From: the human T2T-CHM13v2.0 reference genome, Homo sapiens
Length of the DNA stretch: 64,000 nucleotides
Assembly (NCBI RefSeq): GCF_009914755.1
Contig: NC_060942.1
Reading direction: 5' to 3' (one strand)
In this document: in pieces, positions 60,827 through 64,000 of the stretch
Layout: every line of letters starts with the position of its first letter
Numbering within the stretch: position 1 is the stretch's first letter
The notes under the pieces: model-generated
The model's input: only the letters and a program-made list of their open reading frames with translations
What the model was told of the DNA's origin: nothing
Database searches by the model: none
Made by a program: the position numbers and the translations under genes

Positions 60827-61246
60827 CCCTATTCCTTCTTTTAGTTATTTATTCACCTATAATGCTAAAATCATCATCATCAGAGTCATACAGTATCAGC
60901 CACTTCAAATGAAACCCTGTGTTTATTCATCTTTCTGAGCTATAGTTTTCTCAGCTATAAAATGGGGTTAGTAATGTCTGCCTCAGAGATGCATAATTAA
61001 TATTGCCATATTTATTGGAACAGTTTATTCTGATCCATTTAGTTCCACAGTCATCCAGAATAATCTTTCTAAAATATATGTGTAATTAGTCAGAGTTTTG
61101 CTTAAAATATCTTCAGTGGATCCCTATCCTCTATAAAATAAATTCTAGACCATTTTGCAGAGCATTTAGGGAGTTTTATTATTGTACCTCTGCCTTTTTT
61201 TTCTAAGCTCATCCACCTCACGGTTCTCTACCTAATAAATCAAGAC

Positions 61247-61384
61247 AGATCTTTATCTGTCCAGCTCCTTTGGTTCCCTAATTTTTGCCTTTTCAGTTTT
61301 TGTCCACTCTCCCTTGTGAGACATCAAGAATGTGGGAATGAGAAGTACTAGAATTCACAGGAGTAACCAATGTGTTTCTTAAAA
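61247..61384 (+). repeat. Copy 1 of a dispersed direct repeat of about 138 bp
   Basis: Aligns without gaps to 62830-62966 with about 10 mismatches counted by eye. Confidence 0.95.
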
Positions 61385-61655
61385 TATATATGTATGTGTC
61401 TGTGTATTTATATATTTATATATAAATACATATATATTTATATATTACATATTTATAATATATATTTATAATATATATTATATATTTATAAATTTTATGA
61501 TATATATTTATAATATATTTTATGATATATATTTATACTATGTTATATATCATATATATTTATGATATATATTTTTATGATATATATTTATATATTTATA
61601 TTATTTATATATTTATGTAATATATATTTATTATATATATTTTTATATATGTATA
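61385..61655. repeat. AT-rich low-complexity tract
   Basis: Degenerate (TA)n/(TATTTA)n, almost no G or C. Confidence 0.95.
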
Positions 61656-62829
61656 TTTTCCCCCACTGGTTGGCCTGGCAAAGTATACTGCTTTTACTTT
61701 GGTGCTTGCAAAAAGAATTCTCACCTCACATGCCACCTCCTCTGAGAAACCTTTTGCTAGGCATAAGTAGATAATCATCCTGTTTTTCCACTGGGTCACG
61801 TGTTTGTTTGTTTTCTTTTTTTTGAATTTTTGGAAATTACCATATGGTTGTAAGTATTCACTTAACATTTTCCGTCTCACTGACTTACAAACTTCTGCAA
61901 TAGTCATTTTATATTCCTAATGCTTAGCACTGTGAATCTACTTAATGCATTTGTTGAGTGGATGGATGAAGCACGGATGGAGACATAAATGATGAAATAC
62001 TGTGCTCCAACAGTGTCGTTATCTACACAGACTAGCAGGGCACCAGCAGGGTGCTCATGTTCTAGTGTTTTCAGACTGCAGCTGCAACTTCCAGATCTAT
62101 AGTCACTTGGAGGAGAGAACTCTCTCATCCTCTTCTGCCTCTTCTTCCCGGGATGCTTGGCAAATTTGCTTAGGCACAAACATATCTCACACCTGCCTTT
62201 AGGATAAGCTTGTGAACCACGCAGATGGGGGAGGCTTTTATGGATCATTCCGTGGCCTTTGAGAACAGATGCTCTTTTATAAGCCAAAAAAGATTGTCTC
62301 ATTCTTTATGTTGTAGCCTGGCAAATGAACTAGCTCTTGGAAATATCTAGTCATCCAAGGCAGTGCCCATATTTGGAGGAACAGAATGCTTTTTAGATTT
62401 TAATAAAGACTAAGCTGCATATAAAAGTGGTTTCTTAGACCCCTAGGATGACTGTTACTTCAGATATACTAGAGGCAAGTGTGCATAAAAGGAGATTCCA
62501 ATGACAGGAAGGACTTCAGAGACCACCATCTACCACCATACTACTGATATTATGAAGCCATCTTTATGTTTTATTCTATTAAGAATTCAATTGTTATTCA
62601 GTTGTTTCATTCCTAACTTGCATGAATAATAATTATAATAACTAATAAACATATTGGGCTTTAGCTGTGTGGAAGGTTGTGACAAGGGTGATCAGGAGCA
62701 GCTGACAAGTTATCAGCAGCCGGGCAAGGGAGATAGTCAAGTGTAGTTATTGTCACATAGGTTAGAACTTATCATCTTTTCTCACCTGAAATCTTTAAGA
62801 AGGAGGTTAACTACTTTCCTGTTAACAAA

Positions 62830-62966
62830 AGATCTTGATCTGTCCAGCTCCTTTGGTTCCCTAATATTTGCCTTTTCAGTTTTTGTCCACTCTCCCTTAT
62901 GAGACATCAAGAATGTAAGAATGAGAAATAGTAGAATTCAGAGGAGTAACCAATGTGCTTCTAAAA
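62830..62966 (+). repeat. Copy 2 of a dispersed direct repeat of about 138 bp
   Basis: Shares atctgtccagctcctttggttccctaat...ggagtaaccaatgtg with 61247-61384. Confidence 0.95.
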
Positions 62967-62970
62967 ACAG

Positions 62971-64000
62971 AAATATATATAATATATTAATATATGATAT
63001 ATAATATATATATTTCTTTTTATATATAATATATAAATATATACATATATAATATAATAAATTATATATAATATATAATAATATAATATATAATATAATA
63101 TAATATATTATAATATATAATATAATAATATAATATATAATATAATATAATATATTATAATAATATATAATATAATACTATAATAATATAGAATATATCA
63201 TATAATAATATATTATAATAATGTGTCATATATCATATAATATATTATAATAATATATAATATATAATATAATATAATAATATATAATATATAATATAAT
63301 ATAATAATATATAATATATAATATAATAATATATAATATGTAATATATAATATAGAATATATAATATTATATATAAGTATATATAATTATAATTATATAT
63401 ATAATTAATTATATATTTAATAATATATTATATAGAATATAATAAATTATATAGAATATAATAATATATAGAATATAATATATAATATAATATAATATAT
63501 TGTATATAATATAATATATGTTGTATATAATATAATATTATAATATATTGTATATAATATAATATAATATATTACATATATAATATAATATATTACATAT
63601 ATAATATATTATATTATTTTATATATATTATATAATATATAATATATATTTTTTATATATTTATATTGTATATTTTATATATTTTATATATTTATGTATT
63701 TTATATATATATAAATATATTTATATATATATTTATATATATAAAATATATATTTTTATATATAATTCATATATATTTTTATATATAATGTATATTTTAT
63801 ATAATATATATTTTTATATATAATGTATATTTTATATAATATATATTTTTATATATAATGTATATTTTATATATTATATATATTTATATATATTATATTA
63901 TATACTATATATTTTATATATAATAAATTATATATTATATATTTTATATATAATAAATTATATATTATATATTTTATATATAATAAATTATATATTATAT
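62971..64000. repeat. Large AT-only micro/minisatellite tract, open at the window edge
   Basis: (AATAT)n-like left part and T-richer right part; a 30-nt unit tatattatatattttatatataataaatta repeats at 63901-64000. Confidence 0.98.

Overview
Primate, most likely human, genomic DNA from the interior of the DCC (netrin-1 receptor) gene on the + strand. Six coding exons can be read with canonical AG/GT boundaries and compatible phases: 21528-21623, 27141-27373 (with an in-frame internal acceptor at 27201), 32794-32932, 37949-38056, 45617-45811 and a 33-nt microexon at 51289-51321. By recalled numbering these are exons 16-21, encoding the end of FN3-4, the FN4-FN5 linker, FN3-5, FN3-6 and the start of the juxtamembrane stalk. 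The rest is AT-rich intron with Alus, L1 fragments, MaLR/ERV LTRs, MER DNA-transposon relics, MIRs, microsatellites and a >1 kb AT-only tract running off the right edge. Most ORF-track entries are chance or repeat-derived. I see no evidence for a wholly new biological system. The best second-look items are the splicing architecture around exon 17 (YCAY cluster, long AG-free zone, extra in-frame acceptor), possible read-through/intronic polyadenylation after exons 20 and 21, a twin-primed inverted L1 with an apparent 3' transduction, and a dispersed ~140-bp duplication whose copies each abut an AT expansion. Repeat subfamily names and edges are by eye and approximate.
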